The position numbers were made by a program, and so were the translations under genes. Below the pieces are notes generated by a model. The model did no database searches, was not told where the DNA came from, and saw only the letters and a program-made list of their open reading frames with translations. Positions 26,570 through 35,294 of a stretch of 64,000 nt of DNA are shown piece by piece. How positions within the stretch are numbered: position 1 is the stretch's first letter; each line of letters begins with the position of its first letter. Source of the DNA: an uncultured Methanosarcinales archaeon (GTDB lineage: Archaea > Nanobdellota > Nanobdellia > Woesearchaeales > DSVV01); contig CAZKVI010000003.1 in the NCBI GenBank assembly GCA_964556185.1, forward strand, positions 2,089-66,088, given 5' to 3'.

Positions 26570-27862
26570 ATGGCAGATAAAAAAATCCATATAAACCTTG
26601 TTTTTATCGGACACGTCGATCACGGTAAATCCACTACAGTAGGAAGACTACTTTTCGATTCAGGAAATATTGATGAAGCAGCAATGAGAAAGTTAAAAGA
26701 CAAAGCACAAGAGCTTGGAAAAGGTGGCTTTGAATTCGCTTTTGTCATGGACAACTTAAAAGAAGAAAGAGAAAGAGGAGTTACAATTGATCTAGCTCAC
26801 AAAAAGTTTGAGACAGACAAATACTACTTCACTATTATCGATGCACCAGGTCACAAGGACTTTATCAAGAACATGATTACAGGAGCATCACAAGCAGATG
26901 CAGGTGTTTTAGTTGTAGCTGCAAATGATGGTGTAAATGCACAAACAAAAGAACACGTCTTCTTATCCAAAACACTTGGAGTTAACCAATTAATTGTTGC
27001 AGTTAACAAAATGGATATCTCAGGTGTTGACTATGCTGAAGCAAAATTCAATTCAGTTCAAGAAGAAGTAGGAACACTTTTGAAATCAGTAGGTTATAAA
27101 GCAGATGAAATTCCATTTGTAGCAATCGCTTCTTTACCAGGAGATAATGTTGTTAAGAAAACAGACAAAATGCCATGGTATAAAGGAAAATCATTATTAG
27201 AAACAATCAATGATCTTAAGGAACCTGAAAAACCAACAGAACTTCCACTAAGACTTCCAATCCAAGATGTTTATAACATCACAGGTATTGGTGTTGTCCC
27301 AGTTGGAAGAGTTGAAACAGGTGTACTAAAAGTTGGACAAAAAGTTGTAGCAATTCCAGGAAGAGAAGGAAAAGGAGTTCCAGGCGAAGTTAAATCTATT
27401 GAGATGCATCACGAACAATTACAAGAAGCTGTTCCAGGTGACAACTGCGGATTTAATGTTCGAGGCTTTGGAAAAACAGACATTGCAAGAGGCGATGTTA
27501 TTGGTCCAGCAGATAATGCACCAACATTAGCAACAGAATTCACAGCACAAATTGTTGTGTTAAATCATCCATCTGTTGTAACTGTCGGTTACACACCAGT
27601 ATTCCACATACATACAGCTCAAGTTGCATGTCAAATTACAGCAATTGAGAAAAAGCTAAATCCAGCAACTGGAGAAGTTTTAGCAGAAAATCCTGACTTC
27701 ATCAAAAATGGTGACGCAGCAATTGTTAAAATTAAACCAGTACAACCTTTAGTAATTGAAACACAAAAGGAAATTCCACAACTTTCAAGATTCGCAATCA
27801 GGGATTCCGGTGCAACAGTTGCAGCAGGTATGTGTACAGCTTTAACTAAAAAGGAACTTTAA
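26570..27862 (+). CDS. tuf: translation elongation factor 1-alpha (aEF-1A)
   Basis: '[10 protein letters not shown]', 'DAPGHKDF' and 'NKMD' are present. SD 'ggagga' lies upstream. Confidence 0.95.
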   Translation: MADKKIHINLVFIGHVDHGKSTTVGRLLFDSGNIDEAAMRKLKDKAQELGKGGFEFAFVMDNLKEERERGVTIDLAHKKFETDKYYFTIIDAPGHKDFIKNMITGASQADAGVLVVAANDGVNAQTKEHVFLSKTLGVNQLIVAVNKMDISGVDYAEAKFNSVQEEVGTLLKSVGYKADEIPFVAIASLPGDNVVKKTDKMPWYKGKSLLETINDLKEPEKPTELPLRLPIQDVYNITGIGVVPVGRVETGVLKVGQKVVAIPGREGKGVPGEVKSIEMHHEQLQEAVPGDNCGFNVRGFGKTDIARGDVIGPADNAPTLATEFTAQIVVLNHPSVVTVGYTPVFHIHTAQVACQITAIEKKLNPATGEVLAENPDFIKNGDAAIVKIKPVQPLVIETQKEIPQLSRFAIRDSGATVAAGMCTALTKKEL

Positions 27863-27926
27863 ACCTTTTTATTTTATTTTATTTTTTTCATGATCATTCA
27901 CACGGTTTTCATGAGGTAAACAGAGA

Positions 27927-28235
27927 ATGCAAAAAGCAAGAATAAAGATAGCAAGTACAGACATAGACAAGATTAATAATACTTGTAGGTATATTTCTGA
28001 TATAGCTGATAAAACTGGTGTTGATATGCGTGGTCCTATTCCTTTACCAACTAAAAAATTAAAATTAACTACTCGTAAAACTCCTTGCGGAGACGGAAAA
28101 GCTTCCTGGGAAAGATACGAAATGCGAATTCATAAAAGATTCATTGATCTCGGCTTAGATGAAAGAGCTTTAAGATTGGTTATGAGGGTACCAATACCTG
28201 AAGGCTTGAACATAGAAATTGAAATGATTGATTAA
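27927..28235 (+). CDS. rps10: 30S ribosomal protein S10
   Basis: 'ARIKI.S.D...L...C..I...A...G....GPIPLPTK' pattern. It has the conserved position after tuf. Confidence 0.9.
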   Translation: MQKARIKIASTDIDKINNTCRYISDIADKTGVDMRGPIPLPTKKLKLTTRKTPCGDGKASWERYEMRIHKRFIDLGLDERALRLVMRVPIPEGLNIEIEMID

Positions 28236-28262
28236 GTTTGTTCTTGATTAACTCTTAGAATT

Positions 28263-28293
28263 GAGGCCGAAAGGCTCGAAGTCGAAGACTTCG
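28263..28293. repeat. two adjacent GC-rich mini-hairpins between the rps10 3'-end copies
   Basis: GAGGCC-GAAA-GGCTC is followed directly by (C)GAAGTC-GAA-GACTTC(G). The second hairpin recurs at 51907-51923 and, in variant forms, elsewhere. Confidence 0.6.
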
Positions 28294-28297
28294 CCCG

Positions 28298-28336
28298 CCT
28301 GAAGGCTTGAACATTGAGATTGAAATGATAGACTGA
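28298..28336 (+). repeat. second copy of the last 12 codons plus stop of rps10
   Basis: 'cctgaaggcttgaacattgagattgaaatgatagactga' versus 28197-28235 'cctgaaggcttgaacatagaaattgaaatgattgattaa'. The two are 34/39 identical and both translate to PEGLNIEIEMID*. Confidence 0.85.
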
Positions 28337-28390
28337 TTCTACCCAAAAGCTTTTATTTGATACTTGATTTCTCTCTATTTAGGGTGCAAA

Positions 28391-28828
28391 ATGGCTAAAG
28401 TTAAGAGTAATGCAATTGGAAAACTTGAAGATGGTACTGAAGATAATAGAGCATATAATGCATTGGTTCGTCAATATGGTGTTGCATTTAAAGAATTATA
28501 TGATAATTTTCCAAGAGAACCAAAACCAAGATTAGGTCTTTATATGATGAGTATTAAAAGACCTGAAGGAGTCTTACGTCTTACACCAGGGGTTGTTGGT
28601 AGTTCATCAGATGGGATCCAGAAAAGAGTTCAAGCACATCTAGGAAAATGCTTAGATCAAATTGGATTAGATGATTTATGTATGGACGTTTTTACAGTTT
28701 CTTGTAATAGTACGAGCAGTGTTTGTGAAATAACTCCTTACACACTTGAAGCTAGAGCTTATTTAAAACATTATGGACAACAAATACTTGTTCCAGAAAT
28801 GCGAAGATTAAGATCTCAATCAAAATAA
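28391..28828 (+). CDS. hypothetical protein
   Basis: ATG 28391 follows 'gggtgcaaa'. The listed TTG start at 28364 lies in the promoter-proximal 'ttgatttctct' block. No family recognised. Confidence 0.5.
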   Translation: MAKVKSNAIGKLEDGTEDNRAYNALVRQYGVAFKELYDNFPREPKPRLGLYMMSIKRPEGVLRLTPGVVGSSSDGIQKRVQAHLGKCLDQIGLDDLCMDVFTVSCNSTSSVCEITPYTLEARAYLKHYGQQILVPEMRRLRSQSK

Positions 28829-29232
28829 TCTTCATAAGCAAATTTTCTTTTTTCAAATGTACAAGATCCTTTGTCTTCAATAACATTTCCATCTAGAGAA
28901 TTCCTAAATCTAGCAATTAATGCATTACAATCACTACATCTTCGAAAACAAGTTCCAATTTCCACTTCAAAACCTTTTTCATTTAATTGTTTTAACTTAG
29001 TTGGCACTTCTGCTCTTTCTCTGAAGACATTATAAACATTATGAACAAAAGAAGAATCAATTATTGCATCAGAGAGTCTAATTTGAAGTTTACATTTCTT
29101 AGGTGCTTTAGTTTCAACAACATCTTTCCTTATAAGGATACATCTAGAATTCTTTAGTCTATTCTCTCTATCTTGCTTTTGCTTTGCAAACTTATCAGGA
29201 AGTTTAATACTTCCATCAGGATTGAATTCCAT
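28816..29232 (-). CDS. hypothetical protein
   Basis: Start moved to MEFNPDGS (ATG 29232), because the listed N-terminal 32 codons are the antisense or same-strand read-through of a tRNA gene. The ATG lies 5 nt after the tRNA 3' end. Confidence 0.45.
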   Translation of the reverse strand: MEFNPDGSIKLPDKFAKQKQDRENRLKNSRCILIRKDVVETKAPKKCKLQIRLSDAIIDSSFVHNVYNVFRERAEVPTKLKQLNEKGFEVEIGTCFRRCSDCNALIARFRNSLDGNVIEDKGSCTFEKRKFAYEDYFD

Positions 29233-29236
29233 TTTA

Positions 29237-29356
29237 CGGGCCCACGGGGATTCGAACCCCGGGCCTATGGCTGTCTGTGCGTAAGCAAAGACCCAGTGGA
29301 TCTTTGATCCTAACGCGTAAGAGGCCACCGCTCTAACCAGGCTGAGCTATGAGCCC
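29237..29356 (-). tRNA. tRNA-Lys(CUU) with a 45-nt canonical (37/38) intron
   Basis: Acceptor GGGCTCA/TGGGCCC. D arm GCTC-AGCCTGGTTA-GAGC. Anticodon stem GTGGC/GCCAT with loop CTCTTA|A. T arm CGGGG-TTCGAAT-CCCCG. G73. Confidence 0.75.
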
Positions 29357-29361
29357 ATAAA

Positions 29362-29442
29362 GGGCTTGACTGACCAAAGGGAAGGAAACCCTTCTTGCGT
29401 GTCGACCGAGCGTAACCAGTCGCCACGGGTGAGATTGAGCCC
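29362..29442 (-). ncRNA. 81-nt GC-rich structured element transcribed ahead of tRNA-Lys (leader or independent small RNA)
   Basis: TATA 'tttataaa' lies about 27 nt upstream on the minus strand. End pairing is GGGCU/AGCCC, with inner helices GACUG/CAGUC and AAGGG-UUUCCUU-CCCUU. It starts with GGGCTCA, as the tRNA does. Confidence 0.35.
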
Positions 29443-29485
29443 ATATTATTCTCAGAATTAAATATTAATTTATAAAAGTTCTTGA

Positions 29486-30367
29486 TTATCCTTGATAAAA
29501 ACCAATTAACTGTCTTTGTCTCTTAACATGTCTTAATTTTCTTAAGGCTTTTACTTCGATTTGTCTTATTCTTTCTCTTGTTAAATCAAATACTTGACCA
29601 ATCTCTTCAAGAGAATAATGACGAGGATGATCAATTCCATATCTCATTTTCATAACTTTTTCTTCTCTGGGTGTTAATTCAGCAAGTACACTTCTAACAG
29701 CCTTTGCTAAATCAGAATCCCCTACATTTTCATCAGGTCTTCGAACACTAGCTCCTTCTATAAAATCACCTATGGTTGCATCTGATTCATCACCAACTTT
29801 TTGCTCTAATGATAATGGTTCTCTTGCAAGCCTATAAATATCTTCAATTTTTTCAACTGGTTCACCTAACCAATCTGCAATTTCTTCAGAAGTTGGTTCT
29901 CTACCAAGATCAGTAACAAGTTTTCGAGCCGTTCTTCTAACTTTAGTAACCATTTCTAATTTATAAATTGGAATTCTTATTGTTCTTACTGTAGCTTCTA
30001 TTCCTCTAATAACACTTTGTCTAATCCACCAAGAAGCATATGTAGAAAATTTATATCCTCTTCTATATTCAAATTTTTCAACAGCTCTTATTAAACCTAA
30101 ATTACCTTCTTGAATTAAATCACCAAGTGGCAAGCCTCTATATTGGTATTGTCTTGCAATACTAACAACTAGTCTTAAATTGCCTTTTATTAAATCTTCT
30201 TTAGCTGTAGCTGCTTCATAAGGAGTGCCTTCTTCCATTGTTGTAGCTAATCTAACTTCATCATCTCTAGATAATAATGCTACAGCCCCCATTTGATTCA
30301 TATACTTCCTTAGAACTCTAGGATCATCTCTATATCTTGGCCCACCTTGATAATGACTAACACCCAT
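29486..30367 (-). CDS. bacterial-type RNA polymerase sigma-70 family factor (regions 2, 3 and 4; no region 1.1)
   Basis: '[61 protein letters not shown]' covers regions 2.1-2.4. '[13 protein letters not shown]' is region 3.0. '[15 protein letters not shown]' and '[29 protein letters not shown]' cover regions 4.1-4.2. Confidence 0.9.
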   Translation of the reverse strand: MGVSHYQGGPRYRDDPRVLRKYMNQMGAVALLSRDDEVRLATTMEEGTPYEAATAKEDLIKGNLRLVVSIARQYQYRGLPLGDLIQEGNLGLIRAVEKFEYRRGYKFSTYASWWIRQSVIRGIEATVRTIRIPIYKLEMVTKVRRTARKLVTDLGREPTSEEIADWLGEPVEKIEDIYRLAREPLSLEQKVGDESDATIGDFIEGASVRRPDENVGDSDLAKAVRSVLAELTPREEKVMKMRYGIDHPRHYSLEEIGQVFDLTRERIRQIEVKALRKLRHVKRQRQLIGFYQG

Positions 30368-30502
30368 TTCATAAGGTAATCAATAGTTACTTTTAAACCT
30401 TCCTAGGTGGTCTGTGTTGATTATACCCATTCTCAAGTAGTTAAAAACAGAAAGGCTTATATATGGGATAAAGTACCTTCATATATAAAGTGGGGTTTAA
30501 AT

Positions 30503-31510
30503 ATGAGTAAAGCAAGACAGCTTATACAAAGAGCATTGGCAGCAAAAGATGATGAATTTTTTGATGGTGTTTATAGATTTAAAAGAGGAAATGTGTTTTC
30601 ACCAATCCCTATAGACACAGCTGACCATCTTGATCTTTATAGTTCTATAGTTCAGCTTTTGAGACCAAGCAGAACACCAAGAAAATCTATTGGGGCAACT
30701 CTACTTTATCTTTTCTTAGTATCTTCACAGGAGTTTTATGGTCAAGGACCTAAAAATTATACAACTTTTGGAAGAAGAGGAAGAGATCAAATGAAAGAAC
30801 AATTGGAAGCATATTGTAGTTCTATATCTGCTTTAGAAATTGTTTATCATGATAATAATACACCAGATGGAGCTAATGCAACTGTAGGTAAATTTGATGA
30901 ACATAGCACAAGACATGAATTAGAAGATTTACTAGATCTTGTTCGAACTGATGAATGGAGAGAAGGAAGAAGTTATGAAATTGTTTATGTACAATCACCA
31001 GGAGATCTTGTTAGTGAAGATGGCAGAGAAGATATTGTAGCAGGTAGTTTATCTCAAAGATTTATAGAAGGACTTAGAGTACACGAAGATTATTTTGCAA
31101 CAAATGATACATTTAGAGAAGAAGTACCTGATGAAGATTATGCACACCTTTTTGAAGGTGATGTTAGTCATAGGGAAACATATGAACTATGTGATCAATA
31201 TCTTGTAGATCACCAAGAACTTTCAGATACAACAAGAGAACATCTTGAAGGATTTAGAGCTAGAATGTTATTCATGGCATGCTCACAAGAACAAGACCCA
31301 AAGGCGGAAGCTTTCTTTGATGGATTAGTTGCCCAAGTTTTACCAGCTCTCCCAACAGAAGAGTTTTACATAAATCAACTAGCTAGAAACGTTGCACAAA
31401 CTGGCGGTGTGTTAATTCTTGAAGGATTCCAACAACAAGAAGTAGAAGGTTTCGAACTTCTCCAAGAAGATAGGAATGTTCGTTTATACACTAGAGTTGT
31501 TGAGGAATAA
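30503..31510 (+). CDS. hypothetical acidic protein, divergent from the sigma-70 gene
   Basis: ATG 30503 follows 'gtggggtttaaat'. The BRE/TATA 'gaaaggcttatatat' lies about 35 nt upstream. No family recognised. Confidence 0.55.
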   Translation: MSKARQLIQRALAAKDDEFFDGVYRFKRGNVFSPIPIDTADHLDLYSSIVQLLRPSRTPRKSIGATLLYLFLVSSQEFYGQGPKNYTTFGRRGRDQMKEQLEAYCSSISALEIVYHDNNTPDGANATVGKFDEHSTRHELEDLLDLVRTDEWREGRSYEIVYVQSPGDLVSEDGREDIVAGSLSQRFIEGLRVHEDYFATNDTFREEVPDEDYAHLFEGDVSHRETYELCDQYLVDHQELSDTTREHLEGFRARMLFMACSQEQDPKAEAFFDGLVAQVLPALPTEEFYINQLARNVAQTGGVLILEGFQQQEVEGFELLQEDRNVRLYTRVVEE

Positions 31511-31561
31511 CTCTAACTATTTATCAATAAACTTTAAAAGGACTTAATTTATTCCTAATTT

Positions 31562-32260
31562 ATGGATAACTCATTTATTGCTGAAGTTTTGAAATATTCT
31601 AATATGATGAATGTTGAGCAAGGTATGAATATTTATCATTTATTAAGTCAAGTACTTGCACAAGATATTCCTGGAGAAATAGTTGAACTTGGGTGTTATG
31701 AAGGTATTACAGGTGTTCTTATCCAGAAAACATTAGATCAAGCAAATAGTAAAAAAGAATTACATTTATTTGATTCTTTTGAAGGCTTACCAAAAGTCTT
31801 ACCAGAAGATGGTCTTACTACAGCAAAAGAAGGTATGTTACGAACAGCAAAAGATAGTGTTATAGCAAACTTTAACAGATTTAATTTAAAACAACCTACT
31901 ATTTTTGAAGGTTGGTTTAAAGATACTTTACCAACTAATCTACCTGATAAAATATGTTTTGCACATTTAGATGGAGATATGTATTCTTCAATAATAGAAA
32001 GTCTTAATTATATTTATCCAAAACTTTCTAAAGGTGCAATTGTTATTATTGATGATTATTATTGTCGTGAAGGCCATATGAAAATAGAAAAAAGAATGAA
32101 TGAAAATTCATACCAACAATTTCGTAATATAATAACAGAAGTCAAAGATATTCTTCCAGGTGTAAAAAAAGCATGTGATGAGTTCTTTGAAGATAAACCA
32201 GAGAAAATAATTGTTTTAATGGCAGGTTGCGAAAGACATGCATATTTTAAGAAAATGTAG
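31562..32260 (+). CDS. TylF/MycF-like class I SAM-dependent methyltransferase
   Basis: 'IVELGCYEGITG', 'LFDSFEGLP', 'AHLDGDMYSS' and 'GAIVIIDDY' match macrocin-O-MTase-family motifs. Confidence 0.65.
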   Translation: MDNSFIAEVLKYSNMMNVEQGMNIYHLLSQVLAQDIPGEIVELGCYEGITGVLIQKTLDQANSKKELHLFDSFEGLPKVLPEDGLTTAKEGMLRTAKDSVIANFNRFNLKQPTIFEGWFKDTLPTNLPDKICFAHLDGDMYSSIIESLNYIYPKLSKGAIVIIDDYYCREGHMKIEKRMNENSYQQFRNIITEVKDILPGVKKACDEFFEDKPEKIIVLMAGCERHAYFKKM

Positions 32261-32295
32261 TTAAATTTATAATACATTGCTTCTAATCTAAGAAA

Positions 32296-32973
32296 ATGGA
32301 AAAACTACACAGAGTTCAGAAATTATTAAGCAACTACGGCTATTGTTCTAGACGAAAAGCTGAAACATTAATCCAAGATGGAAGAGTTAGAGTAAATAAC
32401 AAAAGAATTACAATTGGTGATAAAGCTACTGAGAAAGATAATTTATATGTAGATAATAAACTAGTAAATAAAGAAAGTAAAATATACATAATCTTCAACA
32501 AACCTGTTGGTTGTGTAACTGCAGTAAGAGACAGAGATTACAAAACAGTTATGGATTTTGTAAAAGTTAAAGAAAGAGTTTTCCCAATTGGAAGATTAGA
32601 TTTCAACACTTCTGGATTATTATTGTTAACAAATGATGGAGACTTTGCTAACAAAGTAATGCATCCAAGATATGAAGTAGAGAAAACATACATCGTAGAA
32701 ATTGACAGACAAATTAGTAAAAAAGATATGCTAAATATCCAAAGAGGAGTTAAATTAAGAGATGGATTCACTTCCCCAGCTAAACTTAGAAGAATTAACT
32801 TAGATATAATAGAAATTAAAATCCACGAGGGCAAAAACAGAGTTGTAAGAAGAATCTTCAACAAATTAGGTTATAGAATTAACTCATTAGAAAGAGTTGC
32901 AATTGGTAAACTAAGATTAGGCAAATTACAATCTAAAAAATACAAAATTCTAAAAACAGAACCAAGAATTTAA
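32296..32973 (+). CDS. RsuA/RluB-family pseudouridine synthase with an S4 domain
   Basis: S4 domain 'RVQKLLSNYGYCSRRKAETLIQDGRVRVN'. Catalytic motif 'PIGRLDFNTSGLLLLTNDG'. Confidence 0.85.
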   Translation: MEKLHRVQKLLSNYGYCSRRKAETLIQDGRVRVNNKRITIGDKATEKDNLYVDNKLVNKESKIYIIFNKPVGCVTAVRDRDYKTVMDFVKVKERVFPIGRLDFNTSGLLLLTNDGDFANKVMHPRYEVEKTYIVEIDRQISKKDMLNIQRGVKLRDGFTSPAKLRRINLDIIEIKIHEGKNRVVRRIFNKLGYRINSLERVAIGKLRLGKLQSKKYKILKTEPRI

Positions 32974-35222
32974 CCCCAAGAATAATCAACAACTATATGC
33001 ACTGGAACTATTGTGCCACCATACTCAAAATTTCCCATACCTGCTCCTTGTAATCTTGTTGCATCGTTATTTAATTCTGCTAAAACATCTGGATTATTTG
33101 GATAATGAGGAACAACACTAGTCTTACTTGTAGATGAATCATGGAAATATCCAAATGGATCTGGTGTTGCAATTCCCCAGAAATCACATGTTCTTGAGAA
33201 CTCAGAAGACTCCCACCAAGATAATAACCAGTCAGTACTTCCATCATAAACATTCAAATTAACTTCATAAGCAGAAGGATCATCTTCAGAAGCTTCTAAT
33301 CTTGTTGGTGCTTTACTTGAAGAAGGATATTTCTCATCAACTTCCCATGTATTATATTCAGAACCACTTACAGTACTTGAATCACTTTCCCATTGCAGAC
33401 TACATGATCTTGCGTATTCTATAAATTGGTGTTCATTATAACTATAATAAAGCATTTGATCTTTAACAACAAACTCATCATTGTCCTCGTCATAAACCAA
33501 TGTATCTCTTGACATCATATATCCTCTTTCAAACCAAGATCCTGTTCCAGGATCTCCTGATAAAGTTAATTCAGACATATCTACAGATGTACTATAACTC
33601 CATGAATAAGTTGTATAACCACTCCATTCAGGAGCACATTTACCTTCTGCATCAATATCAAATTGAGTAAATGCAATATTATCTAAATGTGAATTTGCAA
33701 CAATAACAACTGCTACATCTATTTCTTCTGTTGGTCTTGTTCTACAAAATTTTAACTTTTTCAACTCAGAAACATCTTGGTAAAACCAATGCTCTCCAAT
33801 TTTATAAACTATTTGTGTTGCAAAGTCTGGTTGAGAATCTGTAGTAATTAAACTAAAATCAAACTCAACTCTATCAATATCATCTTCAAAGAAATAATAA
33901 TAATACATTATTCCTCCTGGGTTTAAATTAACTTCTTGAGTGTATTTTTCTTTATTCTCAAATGTTTTCTTTTTCCTACTTTGTCCATATGGTTTTTTTG
34001 TTGGTTTATTATTATGATCATAATAAAACTTAAATGGTTCTGTATTGTAATTGTATAAAGCATATTGTTTAAACTCTTCATAAAAGTCTGGTCTATTTTT
34101 TATTGCATCTTTCATACCTAATAAACCTGCTTCATCTAACATTTTCTTGACGACCATTCCATCTTTTCCATATCTATGTGATAAAAACCAAGGCCATAAA
34201 TAAGAACCATATTGATGATAAGTTACATTATCAGAGTCAAAAAAATCTTTATTAAAATAAGGAAAAATATTACTATCAAAACCATGCTCTGTATTAACTT
34301 CAGGATATGTAAAATCTTCTGACCATGTTGCAGTTGATTCCCAAATCCATTCTTCTGTAGAATATGACTTCAAAGGAATATATTGTTGAAAACAATGAAA
34401 TAATTCATGTGCTGTTGATGTTTTTAATGCATCATCACTTTGTGAAGTACTAATTAAAATATGACATCTATTAGCTCCTTCATGATCATCCATATATTGT
34501 TGTCCATCATCTTCTAAGCTTTGTACTTTTACATAAATCCAATCTGTTGGTTCTTTCATTCCAAGATTTTTATATTTATTATAAGAATGTTCTAAAGCAG
34601 CTTTTACAATATCTGCTTTATCAGTTATCCAAGGATCATCATAATGCACTTGCCATTTTCCATCAATTGGATGTTCATTATCCATTGCATTTACTGAAGG
34701 TATAATAGCTACTGCATCTAAAAATTCCCTTGCTAAAGATTCATCTTCTTGATTAATTTTATACCAATAACTTTCAGGATCATCAGGATTTGTAACAAAA
34801 GGTCTTAGAATATCTTGTGTTTCCTCAGAGAAATCATCAATTCTATCATTAATCATCAATAATAAGAAAGAACTATCTCTTCTTTCTGCTCTAATTGATT
34901 TGTATTCATTTGGTAAGTTTTTATGATCAAATGCTTCCAAAACTCTTAGAATATAATACTCTTCTTCTGTAATTATTCCTTTATTATGATAAGCATCATT
35001 GATTAATGTTAGAGATAATGGTTCTTCAGGTTCCTCTGGTTCTCTTTCTTCATAAATATCTAATAACCAGTCTTCAAAATCACTTGTATCTACATTACCA
35101 CCACCAATTGAAAATCCACTATCATCACTTCCACAACCTTTGAATAACAAGAATAGAATTACTAATATTACAATACCTACAATTGCAAGAAGAATAGTTT
35201 TCCGCCCCATAGGCATTTCCAA
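32970..35222 (-). CDS. membrane-anchored or secreted protein with an HExxH metalloprotease-like motif
   Basis: N-terminal anchor 'KTILLAIVGIVILVILFLLFKGC'. 'TSTAHELFHCFQQ' contains HExxH. The extracellular part is large, W/Y/D-rich and contains very few Lys (Lys-poor). Confidence 0.5.
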   Translation of the reverse strand: MEMPMGRKTILLAIVGIVILVILFLLFKGCGSDDSGFSIGGGNVDTSDFEDWLLDIYEEREPEEPEEPLSLTLINDAYHNKGIITEEEYYILRVLEAFDHKNLPNEYKSIRAERRDSSFLLLMINDRIDDFSEETQDILRPFVTNPDDPESYWYKINQEDESLAREFLDAVAIIPSVNAMDNEHPIDGKWQVHYDDPWITDKADIVKAALEHSYNKYKNLGMKEPTDWIYVKVQSLEDDGQQYMDDHEGANRCHILISTSQSDDALKTSTAHELFHCFQQYIPLKSYSTEEWIWESTATWSEDFTYPEVNTEHGFDSNIFPYFNKDFFDSDNVTYHQYGSYLWPWFLSHRYGKDGMVVKKMLDEAGLLGMKDAIKNRPDFYEEFKQYALYNYNTEPFKFYYDHNNKPTKKPYGQSRKKKTFENKEKYTQEVNLNPGGIMYYYYFFEDDIDRVEFDFSLITTDSQPDFATQIVYKIGEHWFYQDVSELKKLKFCRTRPTEEIDVAVVIVANSHLDNIAFTQFDIDAEGKCAPEWSGYTTYSWSYSTSVDMSELTLSGDPGTGSWFERGYMMSRDTLVYDEDNDEFVVKDQMLYYSYNEHQFIEYARSCSLQWESDSSTVSGSEYNTWEVDEKYPSSSKAPTRLEASEDDPSAYEVNLNVYDGSTDWLLSWWESSEFSRTCDFWGIATPDPFGYFHDSSTSKTSVVPHYPNNPDVLAELNNDATRLQGAGMGNFEYGGTIVPVHIVVDYSWG

Positions 35223-35294
35223 TGTCTTCTACTATTTAAATTTTAAGAAAATCTTTATAAATAACTATATTAATTAATTCCATGGGGTGATATA

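Noticed and set aside
28816-29328. The listed 170-aa ORF, with an N-terminus 'MASYALGSKIHWVFAYAQTAIGPGFESPWARK'.
   Set aside because: Those 32 codons are a read-through of the tRNA-Lys gene (29237-29356) on the same strand. The CDS is trimmed to ATG 29232.
29486-30367. The sigma-70 gene as bacterial contamination or a chimeric join.
   Set aside because: Its nucleotide composition and AGA/AAA-type codon choice match its neighbours. It has the local archaeal BRE/TATA spacing, and archaeal features lie within 130 nt on both sides. Read-level verification is still needed.
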